Below, in pieces: positions 29,507-39,454 of a stretch of DNA of 64,000 bases. The position numbers and the translations under genes were made by a program. Position 1 is the first letter of the stretch. Each line of letters opens with the position of its first letter. Where the stretch lies: the NCBI GenBank assembly GCA_040776945.1, contig JAXGZN010000002.1, positions 995,393 through 1,059,392 on the forward strand. Direction: 5' to 3'. The DNA is from Methanomassiliicoccaceae archaeon. Its GTDB lineage: Archaea > Thermoplasmatota > Thermoplasmata > Methanomassiliicoccales > Methanomassiliicoccaceae. The notes beneath the pieces are model-generated. The model was not told where the DNA came from and did no database searches. It saw only the letters and a list, made by a program, of their open reading frames with translations.

Positions 29507-32500
29507 TCAATGCGCCTCTATGCCCCGCTTGGCCAGCGCCTCCTTGACCCTTATCGGCACGTTGGGCCTTCCTTTGGCCACGGGGGCCGAGGAGGAATGG
29601 GCTACCACCTTAGGGGCCGGCCGGGGGCGTTCCTCGGCCCGCTCCTGGTCGCTGCTAATTTTGAACCTCTCGGCAACCTTCTGGAGGTTCGCGGCCATCT
29701 CGCTGAGTGTCTGGGCCCGGGCGGTGAGGTCCTCCATGGAGGCGGTCAGCTCCTCCGTGGAAGACGCGGACTCCTCGGCCGATGATGCTGTCTCCTCGGC
29801 TATGGAAGCGATCCCGTCCACCGATTTGGCGGCCCGCTGGGCCCCGTCCTTCTGCTTCGCCATGAACTGCGCGATATCGCTGGCCTCATCGGCGGTGCGG
29901 GCGATGGCGATGGCTATATCTGAGAACGCCTTTCCGGTGTTGTCCACCATTTCCATGCCCTCGGCCGCCTCTTTGGTGCCGCGGTGCATTGCCTCCACCG
30001 CCTTACCGGTCTCCTGCTGGACCTCCTTGATCATCTTGGCGATGCGTTCTGCCGCCTCCCTTGAATCCTCGGCCAGGTTCTTGACCTCCTCCGCGACGAC
30101 CGCGAACCCACGACCCTGCTCCCCGGCCCTGGCGGCCTCGATGGCCGCGTTCAGGGCAAGGAGGTTGGTCTGGTCCGAGATGTTGGTGATCACATCCACT
30201 ATCTCGCCGATCTCCTCCGAGCGCTTGCCCAACACGGCGATGACCTTGGCCGATTCCTCGACCACCTTGGCGATCTCCTTCATCTTCCTTATCGTAGCGT
30301 CCACGGTGTCCTTGCCCTTGAGCGCACCGTCACTGGCAGAGACCGCGGCCGCCTTGGCCGTTTCGGATTTTGAGGAAACGGTCTCCACGGAGGAGGCCAT
30401 CTCAGCCATGACCTTGGCGGTCTCATCCACCTGGGCGGCCTGGTTCTGGGCACCGCGGGAGATCTGCTGTATGGCAGCGGAGACCTGTTCGGTGGAGGCG
30501 TTCATCTCCTCCGCCGATGACGCGAGCTCCTGGGAGGTCGAGGAGACCATGTCGACCGAGCTGTTGACCTCGGTGAGCAGGTCCACAACCGCTTCCCTGA
30601 ACCTTTGTATGGCCGATCGCAGTTCCTCGAAGAGGACGAAGGCTTCCCGAGTGTCGTCATCGCATTGGGGGATCTCGATCGATGCGGTAAGGTCCCCTTC
30701 GGCCAGTTCCTGCAGGACATCTTTGATCGCGTTGGCCGATTCGACCTGGTAGGCAGAGACCTTCTGAGACCTTCTCATCATCTGCTTGATAGCTGTTTGA
30801 TCGGTAACGAACTCGAAGGCTCCGACAACATTGCCATTGTCGTCGAGCAACGGCGCGCCGGCGCAGAATATGTCCATGTGCTTTCCGCCGATCGTGCAGT
30901 CGTTCTCGCATGTGTGCACGTCCTTCGCCCGCATGGCCTCGCTGCAGGGACAACCCGCAGTGCGGCATTTGGAGGTGTTCCATAGATCTGCGCATTTGAG
31001 GCCGACCAGCTCCTTCTTGCCCCTGCCCAGGAGCTTCGCTCCTGCCTCGTTGATGTAAGTGACCCGCAGCTCCTTGTCCATGAACTGAACGGGAGTGGGT
31101 ATCGACTCGAAGTCGCCTACCACCGAGTCCAGGATCTTGTTGACGCCATCCACGATCACCTTGTAGTTGCCGCCGTGGCGCGATGAACTGGCCCGTTCGT
31201 CCAAGTGGCCCTCGAGGGCCGCATGCTCCAATGATTGGGTGTCCCTTATGAGAGCCTGGATGGCATCACGGGCCTTGACCATGTTGTCCATGATCTGGAC
31301 GAACGATTCTCTGCTCTCTTGAGTGTACTCGTCCGCCTCAGAGACCGAAGTATCGAAAGAAAGGTCCCCGGCCGCGAGCATCTCGAGCGCCCTGGCGACC
31401 TTCTCCACCTCGCCCTTGTCGTACTTGACCTTGCGCATGGTCTTGGTCACGTCCTGAAGCACCTCGACATGGCCTATGATCTCGCCCCTGGCGTTCTTCA
31501 GGTAGGACACGTCGATCTGGTTGGTCTTCCCGTTGCGCTCGGCCATGGTCCTGCTGTTCCCGTGCTTGAGCCGAACGATGCCGCAGTCCTTGGTCCCGCA
31601 TACCTGACCGTTCCAGGCCTGGCAGTTAAGGCCCAGCAGCTCGCTCTTCGGCCTCCTGAGTATGTCCAGGGAGGCCTTGTTCAGATAGGTCATCTTCATG
31701 TCGGGGTCGGTGACCGACAACGGGAAGGGTATGGAGTCCAGTATCTGTTCGTACCAGAAGGTCTTCTCAACTACGATGTCTAGCGTTCGATTGAGCCCAG
31801 AGACCACATTCGCGTACTCGCCCTTATGTTTGGTAACATCCGCCCTCTTGGTGAAGTCGCCCTTGCCGGCCGTCTCCGCCAGCGTTTTTGTGTCCTCGAC
31901 CAACGATCTGATGGAGCCGCGGCAGGTGTCCAGCCGTTCCTTGGTCACCGCCAGGTCGCCCCTCATCTCCATCTCCATGTTCCACGACAGATCACCCTCG
32001 GCGATGTGGCCAAGCTGGTCGGTGACCGCCGTCACAAGCTTCTGGAATGTTTCGAATGCGGTGTTCATGCCCTGCACGATGCTCTTATAGTTACCTTCGA
32101 ACCGGGACGCATCTATCCTGGCCCCGAAATTGCCGGCGTGAACCTCTTCGGCCAGATGCCGCACCGCTTTGGTTATCTCCGTTTCCTTGGAGATATCGGT
32201 TATCAGTTCGATTGCCCCTACGACCTTGCCGGACAAGTCCTTCACCGGGGCGATGGAGCATCGGATAGGCCTGTCCCCTGAAATGAGATGGGCGACCGTA
32301 TCGCCTGTGAACGACCGATCTTCGTTCATGGCCTTCCTGACCACGCAGTTGCCGCCCTTGCAATGGTCGGTGTTCATCAACAGGTGGCAGGGCGCGCCAA
32401 TGACCTGGTCCGGGGCCTTGCCGACCATGTCCAGAGCCGCCTTGTTCATGAATGTTACCTTCAGGTCCCGGTCAACAGCCATGAGGGGCGAGGAGATCCC

Positions 32501-32893
32501 GTGGAGGTAGGCATAGGCACTGTCCCCGGAGGAGGCCTGCGGCATAACGAAGCCCACGCTCCCGACGACATCACCGGAGGGATCCACGGTCGGCCGGACG
32601 GACACTGTCACGGCATGCTTTACGTCATCATTGTCCGTGAACACTATGTCCTTGACCTCGATCGCCCGGCCTGCGGATATGGCTTCCATGACCTTGCAGC
32701 CCTTTTTTCCAATAGCTCCGTTGAACACATCCCGGACCCTCATCCCCAAGGCATCTTTGGCGCTCAGCCCGGTCAGTTCGGCCGCGGCATCATTTAAGTG
32801 AACGATCTTCCAGCCTGCGTCGGCAATATAAGCAGCAACCGGCAGACTGGCGATCACGTCCTCGCCAATCAACTTCTCGGAAACCTTTTCCAT
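29507..32893 (-). CDS. Soluble methyl-accepting chemotaxis protein with four PAS and several HAMP-like domains
   Basis: No TM; [30 protein letters not shown] hairpin; repeated PAS units; ATG 32893 or TTG 32917. Confidence 0.93.
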   Translation of the reverse strand: MEKVSEKLIGEDVIASLPVAAYIADAGWKIVHLNDAAAELTGLSAKDALGMRVRDVFNGAIGKKGCKVMEAISAGRAIEVKDIVFTDNDDVKHAVTVSVRPTVDPSGDVVGSVGFVMPQASSGDSAYAYLHGISSPLMAVDRDLKVTFMNKAALDMVGKAPDQVIGAPCHLLMNTDHCKGGNCVVRKAMNEDRSFTGDTVAHLISGDRPIRCSIAPVKDLSGKVVGAIELITDISKETEITKAVRHLAEEVHAGNFGARIDASRFEGNYKSIVQGMNTAFETFQKLVTAVTDQLGHIAEGDLSWNMEMEMRGDLAVTKERLDTCRGSIRSLVEDTKTLAETAGKGDFTKRADVTKHKGEYANVVSGLNRTLDIVVEKTFWYEQILDSIPFPLSVTDPDMKMTYLNKASLDILRRPKSELLGLNCQAWNGQVCGTKDCGIVRLKHGNSRTMAERNGKTNQIDVSYLKNARGEIIGHVEVLQDVTKTMRKVKYDKGEVEKVARALEMLAAGDLSFDTSVSEADEYTQESRESFVQIMDNMVKARDAIQALIRDTQSLEHAALEGHLDERASSSRHGGNYKVIVDGVNKILDSVVGDFESIPTPVQFMDKELRVTYINEAGAKLLGRGKKELVGLKCADLWNTSKCRTAGCPCSEAMRAKDVHTCENDCTIGGKHMDIFCAGAPLLDDNGNVVGAFEFVTDQTAIKQMMRRSQKVSAYQVESANAIKDVLQELAEGDLTASIEIPQCDDDTREAFVLFEELRSAIQRFREAVVDLLTEVNSSVDMVSSTSQELASSAEEMNASTEQVSAAIQQISRGAQNQAAQVDETAKVMAEMASSVETVSSKSETAKAAAVSASDGALKGKDTVDATIRKMKEIAKVVEESAKVIAVLGKRSEEIGEIVDVITNISDQTNLLALNAAIEAARAGEQGRGFAVVAEEVKNLAEDSREAAERIAKMIKEVQQETGKAVEAMHRGTKEAAEGMEMVDNTGKAFSDIAIAIARTADEASDIAQFMAKQKDGAQRAAKSVDGIASIAEETASSAEESASSTEELTASMEDLTARAQTLSEMAANLQKVAERFKISSDQERAEERPRPAPKVVAHSSSAPVAKGRPNVPIRVKEALAKRGIEAH

Positions 32894-33294
32894 CTTATCC
32901 CTCGAACTTGATTCCAATCGTAATATGGAATAATTATTTCGATGCTAAAAATATGAATATATTTATACAACTCATCAGCCACTATCGTTATTGGTTATAA
33001 GATTCTAGACGTATGGCATGTGTAATGGGACCGTTTGAGACCCCGTTCCGAAAGAAGGTTCTTTGCGCCCTCCTAATGCACCTTTTTTCCATCCATCGAC
33101 TGAGCTTTGAAAATGATCAGGGGGACGGCCCCGGTCGCCGTTGAGTCGGAGGGCGGGATGTCTTTCTGCCGTCATGGTCCCCTTTGCTCGGTGCTTCGGC
33201 GAACCTGCTGAATCCGGTGCGCTCCCATGGTTCGCAGCTTTCGAACCGGGCCGCTAACATATTTATTTCGAACGTTTCATGGCCCGGAGCGCCC

Positions 33295-34134
33295 ATGGAT
33301 AGGTTCTGCACCGACCCCGGATTCCTCTCTCTCAAGCGCCTCATCAGGGAACGTCTGTCCTTGGACTGCGACCAATATAAGGATGGATACCTGCAGAGAA
33401 GGTTCGCGGTCCGCATGAGGGAGCGAGGAGTGAGCGGATACGAGGCTTACGCGAGCGTGCTGAAGAGGGACCCGGGCGAGTACGACGACCTCATGCGGGA
33501 CCTGACCATCAACGTGACCCAGTTCTTTCGTGACCCGCCGGTCTTCAAAGCCTTGGAGGAAGCGATCCTGCCCCTCCTCATATATGATAAGGTGTCCAGG
33601 GGCGAGGCCTCTATAAGGGTTTGGAGCGCGGGGTGCTCCAGCGGTGAAGAGCCATACTCCATCTGCATACTTCTCAGAGAGCTGCTGGGCGAGGAGTTCG
33701 AGAACTTTTCACTAACCATAGTAGGCTCGGACATTGACGAGGAGATACTGGAAAGCGCCCGAGAGGCTATCTACCTCCCCCGGCAGGTTGTCAACGTGCC
33801 CCGGCCTTACCTGGAAAGACATTTCACCTTGCAGGACGGCAGATATCATCTCGGCGAGGAGATAAGGAGCATGGTCAAGTTCCGCAACATCGATCTGTTC
33901 ACTAGGACCGCCGGCTCGCATTTCGATCTGGTCCTCTGCCGCAACGTCGTGATATACTTCACCAGAGAGATGCAGGAGCGACTGTACATGCGGTTCCACT
34001 CGTCGCTCCGAGAGGGAGGCTACTTCGTCATGGGGAACACGGAGACGCTGGTGGGAGAAGCGTCCTCGCTGTTCCGTCCAGCGTTCGTGCGGGAACGCAT
34101 ATATAGGAAAGGAGCGGATGGGAACGCGCCGTGA
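33295..34134 (+). CDS. cheR: Chemotaxis methyltransferase CheR
   Basis: TINVTQFFRD, WSAGCSSGEEPYS, FDLVLCRNVVIYF; divergent from the MCP; start ATG 33295. Confidence 0.95.
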   Translation: MDRFCTDPGFLSLKRLIRERLSLDCDQYKDGYLQRRFAVRMRERGVSGYEAYASVLKRDPGEYDDLMRDLTINVTQFFRDPPVFKALEEAILPLLIYDKVSRGEASIRVWSAGCSSGEEPYSICILLRELLGEEFENFSLTIVGSDIDEEILESAREAIYLPRQVVNVPRPYLERHFTLQDGRYHLGEEIRSMVKFRNIDLFTRTAGSHFDLVLCRNVVIYFTREMQERLYMRFHSSLREGGYFVMGNTETLVGEASSLFRPAFVRERIYRKGADGNAP

Positions 34135-34240
34135 TGCTCGTCCGAGGCGATCAGTGCGCCGATGGTGACTGGCATGTTCCATCGGATCGAGCGGATGACC
34201 AGGTGCCAAGGATTTTAGTTCGGCACGAGAATACGCTGTC

Positions 34241-34495
34241 ATGAAGAGAATGGCCGTGCCCCTGCTGGTCCTGGGCCTGTTCGGCCGCAAGAAGAAGACC
34301 GAGCCGAAAACATGGCCCGACCGGGAGGGTTTCATCCTTTGTCCTGGTTGCGGCAAGGAGGTCCACAGCACCCTGCCCCGATGCCCGTACTGCTCTGGTT
34401 TCCTGGAGATCGTCTGTCCGAACTGCGATCGCACCTCCAGCCGCAGCCTGGGCAAGTGTCCTTATTGCGGGCAGTTGTTCAAAGGGAACGGATGA
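34241..34495 (+). CDS. Double zinc-ribbon protein
   Basis: CPGC, CPYC, CPNC, CPYC. Confidence 0.8.
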   Translation: MKRMAVPLLVLGLFGRKKKTEPKTWPDREGFILCPGCGKEVHSTLPRCPYCSGFLEIVCPNCDRTSSRSLGKCPYCGQLFKGNG

Positions 34496-34521
34496 CAGAC
34501 GGGGCTTCCGCTATGGTCGCC

Positions 34522-35391
34522 TCATTTCTGACCGCGATGATTGGTCTTCAAGCCGTTCCTGCCGCCCTTCGTGCTCTGGTCCAAGCGGCACCCGGGCCTC
34601 CTGGCCGCCACGGCCTCTTCAGAGCTGTTCACGATCCTGTCCAACGTCTCTCGGATGAACAGGCTGCCTATCGTGCCCGCGATTATGATCGCCCGCCCGA
34701 TGCCTTTCTCTTTTGACAGGATGAACGATGTGTCCTCATCGACCAACATGATAAGCTCGATGCAGTATCGGCCGTCCTTGGTGACGAACCCTCTTTCCAT
34801 TATTTCCCCGTCCATCTCCACCATGTTGGGGGCCAAGCTGTTCATGCGCAGGATGCGCGTGGCGCCGAGGAAGCCGGCGAAGCTTTCCGGCTCGTTGACA
34901 AGGACCGCTGTGACGTCCACGGCGGTCGACCTTTCGGTGAGTAGCTTTGCATAACGGAGGATGATGCCGTTGTTGAAGCACACGAGCAGGATGCTCCGCC
35001 CCGCTGCCGAGATCAGTTCGGTCAACTTATGGTCGATCGCCCAATCCCCCATAAGCGTCCAGATGGGGTTCTGGGCCTTCTCCGCCCGCTTCCCAATCTC
35101 ACTTAGCTCATGTATGACCTTCTCGTTCGACCGCCGGATCTCGTCCATGAGGTGCCCTGAGGCCACCAGCGGATCGTTCGCACGATAGCATATGGGGTTC
35201 GAGTTGCCAAGCTGGACGAAACCTCTCTCCGCAAGGCTCTCCAGGACGTCGTAGGCCCTGGAGCGGGGAACGCCGCTCTCGACGCTTATCTCCTTAACTG
35301 TGCCTTCCCCCAAAGCGACGGCGGCAATGTATGCTCTGGCCTCGTACTCGCTCAGGCCAAGCCTCATTAGGTGGTCTACCAGCTCGGTCAT
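34522..35391 (-). CDS. TrmB family transcriptional regulator
   Basis: LGLSEYEARAY...SGVPRSRAYDVLESLAERGFV wHTH plus effector domain. Confidence 0.92.
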   Translation of the reverse strand: MTELVDHLMRLGLSEYEARAYIAAVALGEGTVKEISVESGVPRSRAYDVLESLAERGFVQLGNSNPICYRANDPLVASGHLMDEIRRSNEKVIHELSEIGKRAEKAQNPIWTLMGDWAIDHKLTELISAAGRSILLVCFNNGIILRYAKLLTERSTAVDVTAVLVNEPESFAGFLGATRILRMNSLAPNMVEMDGEIMERGFVTKDGRYCIELIMLVDEDTSFILSKEKGIGRAIIIAGTIGSLFIRETLDRIVNSSEEAVAARRPGCRLDQSTKGGRNGLKTNHRGQK

Positions 35392-35466
35392 GTCACTTCA
35401 ACAATGACAACAAACTTATTAACCTTGGCCCGTTAGCTCCCAGCAATTCAATAAGATGGGACATAT

Positions 35467-38397
35467 ATGATATTCGAACGGATAGCGAACGGGGTCACGA
35501 AGCACTACAAGCTCATCGTGATAGTCTGGATCATCGCCCTCCTTTTGGCCGTGCCGGCAATGCTGCAGGTCGAAAGCGCGGTGCAGTATGAGACCGACTT
35601 CGGAACGAGCGACGGGTATGAGTCGCTGAGAGCCGCCAAGATCATCTCGGAACAGTTCCAGGGCTCGGAAGCGAACGCCACCCTCCTCGTCCTTATTCAA
35701 TCCAATGATATGACGGACGGGGCATCGAGGGACTTCGTGCTGGACCTCGAGAAGCGCATAGCCGGCTCTCATGATATTAAGCACCTTCAAGGGACCTCGT
35801 CGATCTATTCCTATTATTCCAGTCACGTGCTGGAGCTAGGCATTCCTCAGCTGGGCGCTGCCATGCGGCCGACGGAGGAGAACGTAAGCTTCGCTGCCTT
35901 CCTATTATGGGGGGTCCCGGCGATGCACGTGTCCAACTATATCGACACCGGCTCCGATGCCGGTGCCTACGCCGCGACCAGCGCGGCCCTGGTCTATGCC
36001 TTGCAACAGCAACATGCTGATGCCAACGCCACGGCCCTGGCGCTCGGTTATTATGACGCGTTCGCGGCTGCCTGGAACGGCACGGCCGCGATACCCGATC
36101 CAGCGGCCAGGGCCACCGCCAGCGTCAACGCGGCGGCCCCGCAGGTCATAGGGAGCTTGCCGGAGGACCAGGCCTCGTCGAAGGCCATGCTCACGGCTGT
36201 CCTCCACACCTTCGATCTTGCCAGCTTCAACAACGCTTCCGTGGTGCACTCCTTTTCGCTGAACATGATCGGTGCGGCGGCGGGGGTCAGCAACATGACC
36301 TTCCTGCAGGCGGTCTATGACCTTGGCCCGGCCTATGATCGCGCCGAGGTCGCCTCCTTCTCCCGCTCGGTGATCGAGAACGGGACCTTGTCCACCTATC
36401 CCTTACCTGTGCCTGGGCAGCTTGTATCGAACTTCCTCTCTCCCGACAACAAGAGCATGCTGTTCATGGCGGGGTTCGATGTGTCCTCCACCCATATCGA
36501 GAATGGAGGCGTTAAGCCCATGCGCGATAACGTAAACGCGCTCCGCTCGGAGATCGCGTCCCTCAGGGCCGACAGGGGATCGGACATCCGGACCTATGTG
36601 ACCGGTGATGCCGCCATATCAGCGGACATGGAAGCAAGCTCGGTCAGCGACATGTCGATGATCGAGCCGGTCACTATCGTCATCATCGTCGTCCTCATGG
36701 GTATCCTGTTCCGCTCGGTCCTGGGGCAACTGGTTCCCCTGGGAGCAGTGGGGGTCGCGATAGGCATAAGCCAGGCATTGGTCTTCGTTATAGGGTCCAC
36801 CATTGCGCAGATCAACTACACAGTGACCATCATGCTGTTCGCAGTGCTCATGGGGGTCGGAACGGACTATTCCATCTTCATAGTGACCCGCTACCGGGAG
36901 GAAAGGATCAAGGGAGCGTCCAGGGAACAGGCCGTCCACACCTCCGTCACCTGGGCCGGGGAGTCCATAGTCACTTCCGGCGCCACGGTCATCATCGCGT
37001 TCCTTGCCATGGCCATCGCCCAGTTCACATTCGTCCAGACAATGGGCCTGCTGCTGGGCATGTCCATCGTGGTCGCCCTGCTCATATCCTTGACGCTCGT
37101 CCCCGCGGTACTCATGCTGCTCGGCAACCGCATATTCTGGCCGATGTCGGGGAAGAGGTTCGAGGCCTACTCCAAGAAGCTGTTGGAGAGGAAGAAAGAA
37201 GGGAACCACGGCTACTTCCACAGGGCGGCGACGTTCTCGGTGAACCACGCTTGGGCCGTCATCATCATAGCCGCGTTGGTGACAGTTCCTACCACCTACA
37301 TCTTCGTGACCCAGGAGACCAGCTTTGACTTCATAGGCAGCATGGGCGATGCGGAGAGCATAGACGGCATGAACGCCATGTCCAAGGACTTCGGTGCCGG
37401 GCTGATCATGCCCACCAAGGTTGTGATCACCAGCAACACCACGGTCTATCAGAACGGGGCGTTCGACGTTGAGTATCTAGACAGTATAGACCGGTTGACC
37501 GAAAGGGCGGCCGAGGACCCGAACGTTCAGAAGGTCACCGGCATTACCCGGCCGTTCGGCGAGCCCATAGATTACCGCAATCTGAGCGCGCTGACTGTCG
37601 AGACCAGGACGCAGGTCGAGTCGGCGATGCTTCAGAACCTGGGGAAGGACGGCACAACGGTCCTTATGACCATCGTGCTCAAGGAGGAACCGCAAAAGGC
37701 AAGCGCGGTCAACTATATGGCCGACCTGAGGACGGAGCTGGCGGACGTAAAGGCCTCACAGCCTGTGCTGAGCGGCTCTGCCATCCTGGTCGGGGGCTCC
37801 ACCGCGGCCCTGTACGACATGAGCCTTAGCACCACCGAACAGTTCAACAACATCGAGATCCTGGTGGTCATCGGCATCTTCATCGTGCTTATGGTCGTCC
37901 TCGGCTCCATTCTTCTCCCGGCGTTCGCCGTCCTGTCGATCGCCATGAGCATCTCTTGGGCCTTTGCCGCCACCACCTTGCTGTTCGGCACCTGGCTGGG
38001 AAAGCCGATCCTGTGGATAATACCCCTCATATTGTTCGTCATGCTGATGGGCATCGGGATGGACTACAACGTGTTCATCCTCACCCGGATCCGCGAAGAG
38101 GTGCACAAGGGCAAAGAGATCAAACGGGCGATCGTAGACGCGGTGGATTGGACCGGCGGGATAATCACCGCTCTGGCCCTGATCATGGCGGGCGCCTTCG
38201 GCTCCATCATGCTGTCGAGCAACACCATGCTCCAGGAGTTCGGGTTCGCGCTGTTCCTGGCGGTGCTGCTGGATGCCATGGTCGTGAGGACATATATCGT
38301 GCCGGCGGCCATCATCATAATGGGAAAATGGGCATGGTGGGCCCCTGGACGGCTACAAAGAGAGGGACGTGCGGAGAAGCTGAAGAAGGGACCATAG
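35467..38397 (+). CDS. MMPL/RND family transporter
   Basis: GVGTDYSIF..RYREE and GIGMDYNVF..RIREE; two 6-TM halves. Confidence 0.92.
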   Translation: MIFERIANGVTKHYKLIVIVWIIALLLAVPAMLQVESAVQYETDFGTSDGYESLRAAKIISEQFQGSEANATLLVLIQSNDMTDGASRDFVLDLEKRIAGSHDIKHLQGTSSIYSYYSSHVLELGIPQLGAAMRPTEENVSFAAFLLWGVPAMHVSNYIDTGSDAGAYAATSAALVYALQQQHADANATALALGYYDAFAAAWNGTAAIPDPAARATASVNAAAPQVIGSLPEDQASSKAMLTAVLHTFDLASFNNASVVHSFSLNMIGAAAGVSNMTFLQAVYDLGPAYDRAEVASFSRSVIENGTLSTYPLPVPGQLVSNFLSPDNKSMLFMAGFDVSSTHIENGGVKPMRDNVNALRSEIASLRADRGSDIRTYVTGDAAISADMEASSVSDMSMIEPVTIVIIVVLMGILFRSVLGQLVPLGAVGVAIGISQALVFVIGSTIAQINYTVTIMLFAVLMGVGTDYSIFIVTRYREERIKGASREQAVHTSVTWAGESIVTSGATVIIAFLAMAIAQFTFVQTMGLLLGMSIVVALLISLTLVPAVLMLLGNRIFWPMSGKRFEAYSKKLLERKKEGNHGYFHRAATFSVNHAWAVIIIAALVTVPTTYIFVTQETSFDFIGSMGDAESIDGMNAMSKDFGAGLIMPTKVVITSNTTVYQNGAFDVEYLDSIDRLTERAAEDPNVQKVTGITRPFGEPIDYRNLSALTVETRTQVESAMLQNLGKDGTTVLMTIVLKEEPQKASAVNYMADLRTELADVKASQPVLSGSAILVGGSTAALYDMSLSTTEQFNNIEILVVIGIFIVLMVVLGSILLPAFAVLSIAMSISWAFAATTLLFGTWLGKPILWIIPLILFVMLMGIGMDYNVFILTRIREEVHKGKEIKRAIVDAVDWTGGIITALALIMAGAFGSIMLSSNTMLQEFGFALFLAVLLDAMVVRTYIVPAAIIIMGKWAWWAPGRLQREGRAEKLKKGP

Positions 38398-38430
38398 TCC
38401 GACGAATGGGCAACGGCGGACCTTCCCGCC

Positions 38431-38460
38431 CCCTTTTAATTTTTTTCATCTCTTTTTTGC
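38431..38460 (+). terminator. Oligo-T terminator after MMPL
   Basis: T-rich tract ccttttaatttttttcatctcttttttgc. Confidence 0.55.
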
Positions 38461-38591
38461 GCACATATGGGGTCCGGCAGTGGGCAGACGGACCTTAGAC
38501 CCAGGGCCCCAGAGGACCGATATGCGGAGCATTATCGATATGATATGAAATATTTATTTATAGGAATATTGCTACCCCTCTGCCGATCCAA

Positions 38592-39107
38592 GTGGCTTTC
38601 AGGGCTTTGTACGTAGATGATGAGCCGGATATGCTGGATGTTGTGAAGGACCTATTGGAGCGGTCTGGCGAGATCTTGGTCGACCAAGCGCTCAATGCGG
38701 AGGAGGCCGAAAAGCTCGCCTTGCGGATCGGTTATGATATTATCATCTCCGACCACCAAATGGGCGGGGGGAGCGGCATCGATCTTCTGGATCGACTGCG
38801 CTCGAAGGGATGCGATGTCCCGTTCATCCTCTTCACCGGTCTAGAAAGAGGAAGGATCGACATCGACCTTCTGGTCTCGAGAGGAGGCCTCTACCTGCAT
38901 AAGGGAGGAACTTTCAGCTCCCTGTTCTCGAGCCTCGATCTCTGCGTGAGGGAGGTCTTGCACAGGAACCACTTAAAAATGGGCATAAATGAGAACGAGG
39001 GTCCCGGCCGGCGTGCGATGGACGGCCCTTACGAGGGGATGGCGGGGACATCATCATTATCTCGTAGAGGCGAGAATGGCCTTAAGAACGAAGGCGGCTT
39101 TCTCTGA
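38592..39107 (+). CDS. Stand-alone response-regulator receiver protein
   Basis: YVDDE, ISDHQM, PFILFTG, HKGG; no output domain. Confidence 0.8.
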   Translation: MAFRALYVDDEPDMLDVVKDLLERSGEILVDQALNAEEAEKLALRIGYDIIISDHQMGGGSGIDLLDRLRSKGCDVPFILFTGLERGRIDIDLLVSRGGLYLHKGGTFSSLFSSLDLCVREVLHRNHLKMGINENEGPGRRAMDGPYEGMAGTSSLSRRGENGLKNEGGFL

Positions 39108-39454
39108 GGAGCGCCGGAGGACACTCGGCCGGTAAGCCTTAACGCCTTTCCACGATAGGTCCGGATCACTGAGCAAGGAAGGAAAGCGGGCCTGCCGCTG
39201 AGGGCGTCGGGAGAGCATCGCCTGGAATGGGCGGGACGTTGCGATTAGCGCATCGAGCGGTCCGGCACTGCAGCCTGGAGATAGGCATAATGAAGCAACG
39301 CTGGAGCGTCGCCGGACCGTATGGGGCACACTCTCGGTCCCTATGGTCCACGAAGCCGAGGCCCTTTCATAATGGCCCTTAGGGGGCCTTTGCATCTCAT
39401 AGCGGCGAGCTGGGCCTCGGAGGAGGGGAGAAAGACTGATAGGGCCGGCGGACC

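Noticed and set aside
28821-30752. 643-aa plus-strand ORF, and similar long overlapping ORFs such as 27702-28817, 39585-41156, 43426-44727 and 48386-49564
   Set aside because: Shadow frames of well-supported genes in GC-rich DNA; Ser/Arg/Ala-biased with no motifs
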